DNA of 64,000 bases from Tubiluchus corallicola (taxonomy: Eukaryota; Animalia; Priapulida): contig JAQGDQ010000331.1 of the NCBI GenBank assembly GCA_030141605.1, positions 1 to 64,000 of the forward strand, in the 5' to 3' direction. Of this stretch, positions 26,701 through 38,433 are shown in pieces; the stretch's first letter is position 1, and each line of letters opens with the position of its first letter. The notes beneath the pieces were generated by a model. The model worked only from the letters and a program-made list of their open reading frames with translations. It was not told the origin of the DNA and did not search any database. The translations under genes were made by a program, and so were the position numbers.

Positions 26701-29700
26701 GCAACTTTCATTAGTCAAGTTTTGGCTTTTATTATAAAATTTACAAGTGCAAAATATGCCTTTGTGGCTCAACAAATATCATAAATGTATCGTGAATTTG
26801 CATGACATCTGTCTTCTATGGTAATGTTTATGTGGCAAGGAGAATATCTTGGTCATGGTGTGTGCTTTGCTTTGTAAATAAAAGTTAATGAGTCGTTCCA
26901 GGTCAAATCAACCACTAAAATGGCAGTTGCTATGTTTCAGATTTTCTTTTTTTACACATAAAGTTACTTGTAGGACTAATAAAAAGGCATTTTTTTACAA
27001 AGTTCTAATTAGTTATGAAGATGTGGCTAATTAGATGTTACCTACTGCTAACAAGCTTTTCTTGTTGCAAGCATTTTTAATCTTATTATGAAAGGACAGA
27101 CATAAAAATTGGTCAGAATACTTATGTGCTCAAGTACCTTACTTAGATGTTATTACAAATTTTTGTCTTTTCTGCACTATTTTTCATCAAAGGTAGCAAT
27201 GTACATTGTACTATGTAATATAATTTGGTAGGCTAATAACCTAAAAACAAGTTACCAAGTAAGCTTACTTACATTAATAGAAGAATTTCTGAAAATTTTG
27301 AATTTGCCCTTAACTTTAGGGCATAACTTCCTTGGGTAGAGTGCACTGACGTCCACTTCGGGCAATTATACGTGGCGGAGGCAGTGTTCATAGTACATAT
27401 GAAAATGGCACACAGTAACTGTTCTTTCCTTGTGGCCATGTGAAATCTTTTTTTTACTTGCTTTCATGAAATCCACAAGGATGTAATTTTTGTCAGAACA
27501 CCTCTGTACGATGTGTCCATAATTCCATTTGTTCCCATACACAGTAGCAGCATGCATAGTTATATCCTTTTTGTGCCACGCTCAAATTGTCTACTGAAAA
27601 TTGTTTAAAAATGCCAAAATTGGCTTTTTTGTTGTTTGCCTTATTATGTCAGCAACTACACAGCTGATTTCTGCCAAAATCTTACTGTATGAAGTCATTA
27701 ATATTATCGATACATACCGTAAGTTACGACTTCTTCAAATGCATAACAGCTGGAAATGCGAACATGGAAAACCTTTAATATGGTAGGAACTTTTGGGGCT
27801 AATTATTTCCCAAATCAGAGGCCTGAGACGAGTTTAAACAAATGAATTTTTTGTTCTGCTTTGCTATTTCTAGACCTGCAGATTATGCAGTTTTTGAGCT
27901 GTTACCTTTAAAAATAGCTTAGAAGAAATACTTGCGACAGGAAAAACTTGTTAGCGATAGTCAATATTCAGCCATATCTTCATAACTGATTAGCATTTTG
28001 TAAAAAATGCATTTTATTAGTCACACATGTAGCTGCTTTACGTGTAAAAACAAAGAAACTTTGAGACATAGTTGTTACCACCCCTGATTGATTTGACGTA
28101 GCAAGACCCTAACCTGAAATAGCAAAAATATAGTTTCTCTTGAGACTTTCCGCATTTCGAAATGTATTCCAGAACAACTCTATATGTAAAACAGAATGAA
28201 GATTGACAAAAATGTAAAAAATGAAGTGGAAGTAGTAATTTCCATGTAAAAGAATGGGTAACGAATAGTCGCTGCCCAGGGACTGGTAGCCTGCTCATGT
28301 ATGCTTATAGTTATTGAGATAAAAAGTGTTATACATGATTAGTAAGTGGTGGGGGAACTACTTCTGGAAATTTAGTTACTGCCTGTGACTATTTCTCACT
28401 TTGAGGTATCGCTAAGACACCTGTCAATTCAGCATCGTGTCTTAGAGGATGACTATTAGTAATGAGCTAGATTCTGATCTTGACACAGTTAGTCAAATTT
28501 AGTTGTAGATGCTACATTGTGACTTTCAAGTGTGTTGAAGTTGTTTTTAGAACATGACATTTTCAATGTATAGAGAATGTGAAATCGTGGCTTTTGATTT
28601 GTGGAAGAAAACTATTTTTAACAGAAATCCATAAAAATCACAAAAATGTCAAATGAAAAATGATTTGCAATTTTACAGTGCTCATTTGGTTGATTTTTTG
28701 CATAGCCTGATAAAATGGAGCAGGCAGCTAAAAAATGACTTCTTTTTTTCAGGTTCAAATAAAACCAGAAGATTTGATTCCAAAATTACCCAAACCAAAA
28801 GACCTACAACCCTTTCCTACAGCACAGGCAATTGTGAGTTTGTTGTACAGTGGGTGCCATTTATTAGACTCACGGTTATTACAATCAGTCGCTTAATTGA
28901 CTCCAAAACTTCTGGTATGGGTGGTTTAAGTTGATTAACTGGGTCAAAACATTTTGATCTCAAAGTGAGTCTATTAAGTGGTGCATACTGTATCTTGTAA
29001 ATACTGTCAAATTTTAGACAGTAATATAAAGTATTATGACACAGAGATTTGTTATGTAGTCTTGGAATTGTTATTGAAGTGTTTTGCCAGTTACAGACAG
29101 CAAATAATGTACTGGTAGCAACACTTATTACTTGAATGAGGTTTTTACACCATAACTCATCAAACAAATGTTTTTTTCTCCATCAGTTTTTTACCTATTT
29201 CATCATTGCTGTCATCTGTAGCGTTGTGAACAATAATAAAAACCTCGTCGCAGTATCTGCTGCATGCATTTTATGTAATCCTGGGCAGAGTACAGGTTTT
29301 TTAAGGACATTTCAAAGAGAGAAATAAATTGATATTTTCTGTGTGGTTGGCCAGAATCATTCGGTAGGTATTGTTTAGCCAGGGTCGATGTTATTCATAT
29401 TAGTTGTTCCCTGATCCAACTGTAGAGGTATGTAATAACACTGTAAATATCTTTTCGGTACGAACAAGCTGATATGGCTTAGTGTTGACTTTGCCATATT
29501 CAGGATTGTGCATTTATGAACTAAACTGCATGTTTATGTGGTTGCTAGCTTTCAGTGTTATGTTGCGCATTCTGTAAAAAATGTTACTGTTCATAGGCGT
29601 GTCCTTTTTAATCTATTCATGTATCGCATCAGCATTAGAGTTTTGCATTGGTAAGTGAAAATGCATTATTGTTCTGTTTTCTTAAAGTTACTGCACTGGA

Positions 29701-32700
29701 AAATCTGATAATTAGTAAGTACCTAATCATTAGGATGATTCAAACGAAAATATTCTAGAGCTATTTTTATATCCAGAAAATTTAGAAAATTATCTTTTTT
29801 TGAAGTATTTTTCTCAGAAATGTGCAAATTCTTTCTTAGATTTATTTTTTGCATATGCAATTTTTGTATCACTGCTGTATGTTATTGGATAAGGGTTAAA
29901 ATTGTAAGTCACAATTTGTAAGTGAAGCCATTAAGTGAAATATGTGTTTCATTTACATCACCTGTTGATTTACTTTTTAGACTGTGATTCACCGAGTTAT
30001 GATTGCGGGGTTTTTGATTTTGAATTTGTGAGATTTGATGACAGTAGCTGTCAAGAGGGCCGCAGACGTGTGTTATGTAGGTCACCGAAAATTCACTTAG
30101 AGAATTCACAATCTCTTGCAAGTGAACTTAATGTAATGAACTATAATGTGTATGAAATGACCCCATAAAAACAAGGAGGCCAAGTAGAAAGAACGTGTCA
30201 TCTTGCTAAGACACTTACCGACTACCCTCACTGGCAGTGCATGCTTGACACAGTGGTTTATGCCTTGACGAAGCTCATTGCACATGGTGTGCAATGTTAT
30301 CTGACATAATATTGCGGCTTTGAGCACTTGCCTTCGTGGTCAGCATGTACTTAATTTCACTCAGTGATGGTCAAACAATTGGTGTGTTGAGCATCTATTC
30401 TGATGTAAGCAGAAACTAGTTAGTCACAATTATGTTGGACATTCATAATTATATAAGCATAACCTAGGTAAATAAGTTTACATTATTTGATAGGAAATTC
30501 CAATAAAGATTATGACAGTTTTGCATTGTTACAATTTTTGAGAGACTACTTTTGTGATCTTTGTGACAATGTTAGCCCCCATGCTCAGCATGCAGACCAA
30601 GCATAGCATAAAACACGCGCATATATTCTTGGTATTTCTTAAACCATTTTTGGCGTAGATCAGGATCATATTATATAAAAAAATTACCAACTATTTGTAA
30701 TTTTTATTTTGATGTGTGAATTTTTTTTACAGGTGTATACAGGTCATACCAATATTGTGCGGTGCATCAGTGTAGAAAATTCTGGACAATTTTTAGCATC
30801 TGGTAGGTTCCAGTATGAGACAGATGCTAAATTTAGTAAAATTCAGAAATACGCTTACGTGTTATTGCTGGGGAATAAGCTGCTTTTTAGCAAAAGTGAT
30901 TCCTAACAAAGCTTTCAGATTTAGTTTACAATGATCAACAGGATTCATTTATACATGTTTTTAATTAATGTGAATTTTTTATCATCTGTCAGTTTTGTCA
31001 TGTTTATAAGGGTTTTTGAAAATATTTGTGTTGTTGGAAAAAGTATTTTCAAATTATTCCTGTGAAAAGTGCCCTTCTTGTTCAAGTTGGGTTTTCCTCA
31101 TTATGCATTTTTTGTTACTGTAATCTTTGCCAGATATAGTGTAATTATTTATACAAGTAAGAAAATCTGTAAATTTAGCCTAGATTTAACAATGACTTTC
31201 GATACTAACATTTATGTGGTTAGCTTGTTTAAGCTTTAGATAATTGATGCATTTTTTATATTTGTGTGTATCATTCACTGCTCCCGAATAAGTTATGTGA
31301 TCTGTTTAGATGCTTCAAAGTAATAGCTTTTTAACTTTTGGTAGCATGTAAGATGTGCTGATTTGCCTAGATTTTGGTATCAAAAGATTGAAGTAGTAAA
31401 CATTCTACCGAAATCTCATTGCCAATTTCCTTAGTGACAAATATAATTGAAAAATGTGTCAGAAATGTGTTTCACGTGATGTTAATTTAAACAACGTCAA
31501 TATTTTAGTAGAATTTTTCAAATTTTGTAGTTACTGAAGGAAAACTTAGAATTTTCTTGCAGCCTAATAACAGAGCTCTATTCAGAAAGCTGTTTAAGCT
31601 TATAGACATTTCAGGTTCAGATGATTGTACTGTTCGCATCTGGGAGATTGCAACGGGGCGATGCTTATGTACACTTCCAGTGGATGATGTTGTGAAAGAC
31701 TTGGCTTGGTGTCCTAATAGTAGCATTTGTCTGCTAGCTGTTGTAGTGTGAGTACACACAGTCATCAGATTCATGAAAAGTGCTGCAAGCTTTAGCATGT
31801 GTTAAGTGTGATTGATGGCTACTGAAAATATTTTTTCATTTCATTGTAACAGATCATTCAATCAAAAGATCTTTTCATTGTAACATACCTTTTAGCAAAT
31901 TATAAAATTCATATTTTCACCACTAAACAAGACTAAAGTATCTTGAATAGAAAGCAAACCTGTCATGTAACACATATAAGCAGAGTGGTAAAATGTACCT
32001 TGAAAAAAAAGTACAAATACAGAAAGAGCCTTAAACATTATAACCTTTTTTTCAAATGTTTGGGCACAATTGCCCTATATTCAATATGTATAAATTAATA
32101 TCGTGTATTCTGTAATTTCATGAACTTGCATTCAGGACTGACGTGCAAGATAACGCTAGGACTGTTTACGGCTATTTCTGCATGTGTTTGAAATGATAGT
32201 TTAAAATTTCTGCAAATTTTTATCGCTCACATAATATGATTTTGTTCTCTTATTTTATTTTGTAATGTAGACTTTTACTAGCAGTCACACGATACTAGGT
32301 AAAAAATATTTATGTTGCAGGAAATCAAAAGTTTTACTGCTAAATCCTGGAGTTGGTGATAAACACTTAATTTCCAGAACCGACAACTTGTTGAATGAGT
32401 TTGTGGAGAGCAATCAGTCAGACAATGATTCTTTAGTGAAGTGGGAAAAAGCATTACCACAAAGCTATTTTTTGGGTTTCAGGTTAACTTTGCACTTACA
32501 AAAGGTAATGATTTAGGATAGATAGTTAGATATTCTTAGGATTTGAATGTGATTGTTTGATGTGTGAACATTGTAACTTTCACTTGGTATCATAAATCAC
32601 ATTATAAAACTTGCCTACATTTGATTACAACAGCTGAATGCTAACAGTTACTACAAAGAAAAAGAAAGATGAAATTTTGTGGTAATTATTGACTGTTTGT

Positions 32701-35700
32701 TTAAGTTTTTCAACGCCCTCACTGATTCACCATCAATTTTTTTACTTTCATTCTTTCAATTGTACAATAACTTTTGGCAGCAATGGTATTGAGAATTCAT
32801 AAAAATGTAATGTCACTAGTTATGCCACTCTAGTGGACATATAAGGACATAAAGTAATAGTCATACTGACACTACCTATCGTTACCTTACAGTCTGCTTT
32901 TTCTTAAAACACTTTCAAAGTATATATGCGCATGTCTGAAATCACCCTAAAGCTGATAAAATCAGAAACAGCTTGCTCACTTATGTTACTAACCGAGTTA
33001 TGCAAGCACCATAGTTTCTTTGACGAATTCTCAAGTGCTGTGTGTAGTAGTGCTTTTATAGCATATAACTTACACAAGCTTGAAAAAACTGGAGAAAAAG
33101 CAAAGCATTAGAACAACAGCTTGTAAATTTATTATATGTTTCTTGGCAGAGTTAGAGTGAAACGAATAGCAGAGTGGTCAGGGTGTAAGAAATAGTAGAA
33201 TGATTAGAATGTGTGCTTGGCAAAGAAAATTAAGCAGCGATGAGTTTTGTTAGTAATTGGATGAGTGTTCTTCAAGAAAACAACTTTTGTATGGTTTATC
33301 TGCTGTACTGTCTCTAGCTAATTCTCGTTGATGTTGTCGGGTATATACAAACAATTTTTATTAAAATTCTCATTCAGCTACATGCCTCTGTTGGTTCAGT
33401 ATCTTATTATGTGTTGTTGATAATGGGCTAGATTCCAGTCTGCCAGTGAAACAGTTCAACATTTGTAGTAATAGCGATACAGAGTGGTCTATTCTGGCTT
33501 GCAATAACTGTGTAAAAAATATAAAATAATGCCAATTGTTGCAGTGCTGTGCAAAACTATGCAAGCTCCTAGTAAGATTATAGTATACTTATCTCTTTTC
33601 CTGTAGTAGTTCATTTTTTTACTTTTAGGATGCTTCTCGACTATCTTGGCATGGTAAAGGTGATTATTTTGCAACAGTCCTGCCTCAGGGTGAAAACTGT
33701 TCTGTATTAATACATCAGCTTAGTAAACAAAGATCACAGGTTTTTATATTTAACTATTTCATATTTTCTTCTATAACATTTATTTCGATATTTTTTCTAT
33801 AATGTTTTAAAGTTTGTTTGATTGTTTTTAAGAAGCTTCGTTGTCTATCTTTTTTACTTTATAACTGGAAAAGTTATAATGCAAAAATTAGAAATATGTT
33901 CATAAAATAGCCCTTTGGATACTTCTGAAATGCTATCATTTGTGTTACCAAGTTTTTTTTATTGTTCTCCAGCTGTTAACATTATAAATATATATATAGC
34001 AGTAAGGTGCTCTAAATTTTATCAGCACATGTTCCTCATTCTTGTAACTGTGATACTTTGTAAAAAACTGGTATTTTGACTAGTTCTTTTCCTTTGTTCT
34101 AGAATCCATTTAGAAAATCCAAAGGCTTGGTGCAGTGTGTGTTATTTCATCCGACAAGACCATATTTGTTTGTCGCAGTAAGATTCTTTTATTTAATTAC
34201 AAGTAGGGTTGATCGTGCTAAACTTGTAGGCAAAATTATGATGATAGCATTAGTTAAACTGTCAGCATAGTTTGCTGTAGAAATTTGTAGCTGATTCACA
34301 CTGCATAAAGTTTGAGTAAGTATTAAAAATATACATGGAAACTTTTGTACTGCGATGCATCAAGTTCTGGGTCTATTCCTACAAGGATGAAAAAATGTGA
34401 TCATTATTTGCCATTGCTGCTGAATGTTTTTGAGTTTTCAGAGCATTTTTCAAGAACACCTGGGCAGCAGGTAACAACACTATTTGCCAAAACCAAGAAT
34501 GGTCTAAGAATAGTTTTTGTCTGGCTTTTTTTCTACTATGAAGACTGAACATTTTGGTAAATTTGTCCTTGTAAATCCAACTTCAACTTTTTGTGAGTCT
34601 GTGCTCCATTTTCTGAAAATATTGATGTCTTTTTAACTATAGTTTACATTTTCAGACTCAGCGATATGTGCGAATATACAACTTGTTGAAACAAGAATTA
34701 TGCAAGAAGCTACTGACAAACTGCAAGTGGGTGTCTAGTATGGCAATTCATCCTCAAGGTAATAGTACAATTATTTCTTTCATATTCTATATACTTTTTA
34801 ACTTATTAAATGACTTTGTGGTGCAGATGAAGGCTGATTATGAGGTCCGTCAATAGGTAAACTTCAAAATGCCATCTGTGTAGTACGCTCACGTAATTTG
34901 ATATATAAAATAGCTGCATCGCCTAGTAACTTTGTATTTTTTGTTAAACTGCTATAGGACAATTTGAAAATACACGACTTTGCTTTACAGGCGACAACGT
35001 GATAATTGGGAGTTATGACTGCAGGTTAAGCTGGTTTGACTTGGACTTGTCAACAAGGCCTTATCGCACTCTTAGGTGAGTTTCAGATAGTGGTTCATAT
35101 TATCTGTTTCATAAAAATTTTCAGTTCAATTCTATTTTTGTTGACTGTATTCACTGTTTTCATAATTAGTTAAGAAACAGTGACCAGATACCATGAACAA
35201 TGATCATGATCAGTTAGTATGTAGGTTATCCTTTAACCTAAAGATAACTAGTCTACTAAACTCATCATTGTCATCATCGTCATCATGAGCAAAATTATGG
35301 TAATAACATAAGTGAAGTTGTTAGTATAGCTTTCTGTAGAAATTAGTAACAGGTTACCCTGCAAAAAGTTTGAGTAAGGATCAAATTTGGATGGAAATTT
35401 TTCTACCTGGATTTAGAAGATGGATCTAGTGTTGGTTCCATTTCTACAAGTAAACTGAGAGTAAACTTCTACCACTTTCATTCACGTCTCATAGATTAAA
35501 AATATCTTGTCATCGTTGTCGACGTCGCCCTGCCAAACGAAAGCAATAGTGATAGGAATAGCAAAACATAGTAGTATGCCTCTTTTGTCACTAAGTCACT
35601 TGTAGGATAGAATAAACTCCTAACCAAATGGCAGTAGCATCTATAATGAGGCTGTGCACTTTGGTCGCACTGAATTAAAATATTTAGACAATTTTTATAA

Positions 35701-36547
35701 GAATATAATTTTTTTCTGAGAAAGGTAGCTGATAATTTAATTGTCTAATGCAGGGTGGGGTAATTTTCGAAAATCTGTGCCTTTCTTCCATGCTTTCTTA
35801 CATAAAACTACATTCATCTATATATATAAAGCTATCGTTTTACTTTTGTGAAATTGTATTTTTAATCTGTAGAATCAAAATGACTTTCTATCCTAAACAT
35901 GACTTTTAATATGTTGTTAAAGATTTGTGCTAGTTTTTACTGCATACACTGTATACTGCATACACTTTACTGCATCAAAAGTTTTATATTCCAGGCATCA
36001 AAAGAAGGCAATTCGTCAAGTGTGCTTTCATAAGCATTATCCATTGTTTGCCTCAGCTGCAGATGATGGCACTGTTGTTGTATGCCATGGAATGGTGTAC
36101 AAGTAAGTAAACACTTACTATAACCAAGAGCATTTTAAGTTAAAAGATTTTTGAAGCACTACTAATTTAACTTTTTCTAATTTTTTAACAGTATAATTTA
36201 TTTTTAATGTGTGTAGAGTAAAGTCATATTCACTACTTCTGATAGAGATAATTTGAAGCACAATTTCAAGTACATTCGTGAAACTATTGTATTTTAAACT
36301 TCAAAGAAGAAGGCTGTTATTTAAACTTTATAGAAAAAGTTGCCTTATTTGCTGTGCGATGGTCTGTATATTAATAATTGTTAAATATTTTAGTGATCTG
36401 ATGCAGAACCCTCTGATAGTGCCGGTCAAAATTCTTCGTGGCCACAAAATTGACAACGATGTTGGGGTCTTAGATTGTAAATTTCATCCAACACAGCCAT
36501 GGTTGTTCTCTAGTGGATCAGATTCTACAATTCGGCTGTACTCATGA
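8704..36547 (+). CDS. BOP1: Ribosome biogenesis protein BOP1/Erb1 (BOP1NT + WD40), multi-exon
   Basis: Phase-consistent GT-AG exons: 8704-8852, 15011-15094, 22220-22371, 23519-23636, 23948-24049, 25435-25656, 26418-26579, 28753-28833, 30733-30802, 31615-31747, 32321-32504, 33629-33739, 34103-34177, 34656-34758, 34991-35075, 35995-36102, 36394-36547 (TGA). Signature peptides: [108 protein letters not shown]. Start is uncertain: in-frame ATG at 8715, or an unresolved upstream exon. Confidence 0.95.
9939..10666 (+). mobile_element. Non-autonomous Helitron
   Basis: Starts A|TCTGTATATATAA and ends GCAGGGTCTTTGCTAG|T, i.e. 5'-TC and 3'-CTAG inserted between A and T with no TSD. Related pieces occur at 52440-53060. 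Confidence 0.7.
12127..13188 (-). CDS. SLC39A11: Zinc transporter ZIP11 (GufA-type ZIP family), 353 aa, intronless CDS nested antisense in a BOP1 intron
   Basis: Complete ORF. Peptides [38 protein letters not shown], the metal-site helices [19 protein letters not shown] and [16 protein letters not shown], and C-terminal [14 protein letters not shown] minus-strand acceptor at 13207-13208 implies a 5'-UTR intron. Confidence 0.96.
   Translation of the reverse strand: MIEGANPVLQAFLGTLMTWGLTAVGASVVFFCRTGQRKILDGSLGFAAGVMTAASFWSLLDPAIALAESSPTYGSKGQWAFVPVAVGFILGALFVFGADLLLPKLGAMSGPIALLMNDEKDKIKFESDCSPNHLDNLLMKESGTHITIVEYETAKNKLSTSDSELYYRKKRLTPKSSRESVVENDNKKSPAKAAYRTKQDSWKRMLLLIIAITVHNIPEGLAVGVGFGAINSTDEATFEKARNLAIGIGIQNFPEGLAVSLPLRGYGFSVWKSFFWGQLSGMVEPLAGLLGAFAVSVAQPILPYALAFAAGAMIFVVYDDIIAEAQTGGNGKLASLTGIVGFVVMMSLDVALG
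17712..18065. mobile_element. hAT-type MITE, 354 bp
   Basis: Imperfect TIRs TAGGGACGTATCGGATCC / GGATCCGGTGCATCCCTA. The 8-bp flanks CAAAAAAA and CTAAAAAA differ at one position. Confidence 0.7.
18901..19092. mobile_element. hAT-type MITE, 192 bp
   Basis: TIRs CAGGGCCGGC / GCCGACCCTG, internal repeat GCCTAGGGCCTC, flanking direct repeat CTTCGGG (18894-18900 and 19093-19099). Confidence 0.8.
19100..19400. promoter_or_regulatory. CpG-enriched patch with a CTCF-like motif; possible promoter or first exon of the nested ZIP11 gene
   Basis: CpG is locally frequent against an AT-rich background. GTGACATCTAGCGGCG near 19307-19322 reads CCGCTAGATGTCAC on the minus strand. A minus-strand donor-like G|GTAAGT lies at about 19220-19226. 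Speculative. Confidence 0.25.
20228..20337. repeat. Tandem duplication of a 55-bp unit followed by GACT/GCT-rich low complexity
   Basis: TGGCC.ACTGGTT.ATACCTTATAAA.ATGCTAGCTGC.TGC.TACAGACTAACT occurs twice. Confidence 0.8.
22840..23270. mobile_element. Probable Helitron/Helentron-related interspersed repeat
   Basis: GC-richer island between T/A-rich flanks. It shares motifs (GCTACAG..., ATA..TC.AATGAAAG.TCT.GA) with the Helitron at 9939-10666. Confidence 0.4.
26890..28109 (-). mobile_element. Internally deleted Sola2-like DNA transposon
   Basis: About 150-bp imperfect TIRs (GAGTCGTTCCAGGTCAAATCAA... / ...TTGATTTGACGTAGCAAGACCC) and 4-bp flanks TAAT/TAAC. The internal minus-strand relic [16 protein letters not shown]...[28 protein letters not shown]...SGRQ resembles the C-terminus of such transposases (from memory). 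Confidence 0.6.
28848..28990. mobile_element. pogo/Tigger-type MITE, 143 bp
   Basis: TA|CAGTGGGTGCCATTTATTAGACTCAC ... GTGAGTCTATTAAGTGGTGCATACTG|TA: ~26-bp TIRs and a TA TSD. It begins 14 nt after a BOP1 exon end. Confidence 0.8.
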
Positions 36548-36797
36548 CAAATTCCACATGTTATATCGTTAACGAACTATGTGCGCATGTTCTCTCTACA
36601 CCTCAGTTTGAGAAGTTGATCTGCACAGATTGCACAGAAGCAGAGTTTTCGTACATAATTCTTATTCACATTTTGCTATTTAGTTAATACTGTTGTCATT
36701 AATGGGAATCCTTAGAAAACTTACCTCAAAGTGAGCAATAACTAAATTTTTCATAAGTATTTGCATCTATGTGACAGAAGAGTATTGTCAGATCAAT

Positions 36798-36803
36798 AAT
36801 AAA
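36798..36803 (+). other. Candidate BOP1 polyadenylation signal AATAAA
   Basis: AATAAA about 250 nt after the BOP1 stop, in an A-rich context, so weak evidence. Confidence 0.3.
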
Positions 36804-38433
36804 AATAAATATAAAAAATAACAGCAATGAACAATATTCTACTTTTTTTACAATGTGAAGTTTTAAACTGGTTTGAAATAATTATAAAAATGCTTTATTG
36901 CAATTTTTAATGTAATTCAAAATGCTGCATTGTATTGTTAGAGTTTTTTGTTGCTATGAGTTTTTTCTATTAATTTTGTGTAAAAATATTGAAAATGTAA
37001 CATTTTTCAGTTTCATATTAAATAAGTATGGCTTTTAAATTACCAAAGATGTCTTCTCAGGTCTCAGAAATCTGTAGCTAAACTTCACACTGCTAAAAAC
37101 TAACGCAACATTTAATAAGATGCTTGATGAATTTGCCTGTCACATGAAGTGTTTTTGTTGCCAAGATGCTGGAATTGTAAAAACTTTGCTTAAGTTAGCA
37201 AGAAATTAAATGAATGCCGACAAGCTTTAAAAGTTAATATAGAGTACTATATCTTATCCAAGCTCTGTAAATGATCTGTTAAACTGCTTTATAGCCAAAT
37301 ATCTAGTACTATGATCTTTGACAAGTTTCTAGGCTATATTTGTAGAACTGACCTGAGTGTATGTAATCATGATAACAAAGTTGTGTTCTCCATTGCTTAT
37401 ATGCACACAGTAGATGCTTACAGGGTGAAGTTATTTAAATATGTAGATTGATCAGTAGTACTTACCCATTTTCAGCTGAAAAGAATATAATAGTATAGCA
37501 AAAATAAAAAAACTACTATAGTAACTCATAAAATTTGATTACATCAGCTTGAAATAGCATTTAATAACATGGTAGTAACAATAAATACAGCACTGCTACA
37601 TCAAAAAGCTTTCTTAACTTATAATTATCTGCCATGCCGTCATTACAAGGACTCAAATGGTTTCATACTTTAGTAACATATTTAGTCTATTTTTTATTCT
37701 TATTACAATTTTTTTATTAAGTACAACTTTAACAATTGCCAACTATAAGAAGATTAGAAAATTCTTTTATTGACTGATTGCAGGTTTTACAGATACTGCA
37801 CAATAAACTTCTGAGTGTATGCTTTTATTTTCAATGTGAAGTAGGAAAAGTCCCTCACTTATCTGTAATATCGCAATATAGATGTCTAGGAATGCAAAAA
37901 TTAAACTGAGTAGGGATTAAATCAAATTTGATGTTTCACGAGAAACTTTTGCTACACAACTGATACTAAAGCGTGGTACTAAAACATAACTAATACTTGG
38001 TATGTGTGTAGGGTATATTTAATACACATATTTCATGTGCAGTTTCGAATCCTTTGTAAATGAGCGTCTGTAATTTGCTTTGTTTTGTAAGTCTTTGTTT
38101 TATCTTTGCTTGTATATGCAACTGTCACAATGCTTTTGCAAAATTTGCCTGAGTCAAAATCAGTGTGTAGCTGCAATATTTACTGCCCTCATTTCTGTGT
38201 TTAAATATGATAAGGAAAGCTGGAATATAAATATGGATGTCTTCTTTAGATGACATGTGTAATTTTAGATCATTGTAATCAGATTAGACAATATATATGT
38301 ATTCCCTAGTTAGTTATGTAAATAACTACTGTGTCAGAGTGCGAGTGCAAAGGTCCTTTGCTACTGAGATGAAGGTTTGGTCACTCTTTTCTGCAGACGG
38401 CTGTATTTGATTTGTCTCACGGAAAGTTTGACA

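Noticed and set aside
34228-35450. Intronic C/D snoRNAs in BOP1 (two related ~120-bp segments at ~34230 and ~35290)
   Set aside because: Only one copy has ATGATGA/CTGA boxes, there is no convincing terminal stem or recognisable rRNA guide, and a similar piece occurs near 52400. More likely TE debris.
38369-38410. uORF upstream of the dikinase-like start codon
   Set aside because: An acceptor-like CTTTTCTGCAG at ~38386-38396 suggests its ATG may be intronic. Cannot be decided without transcripts.
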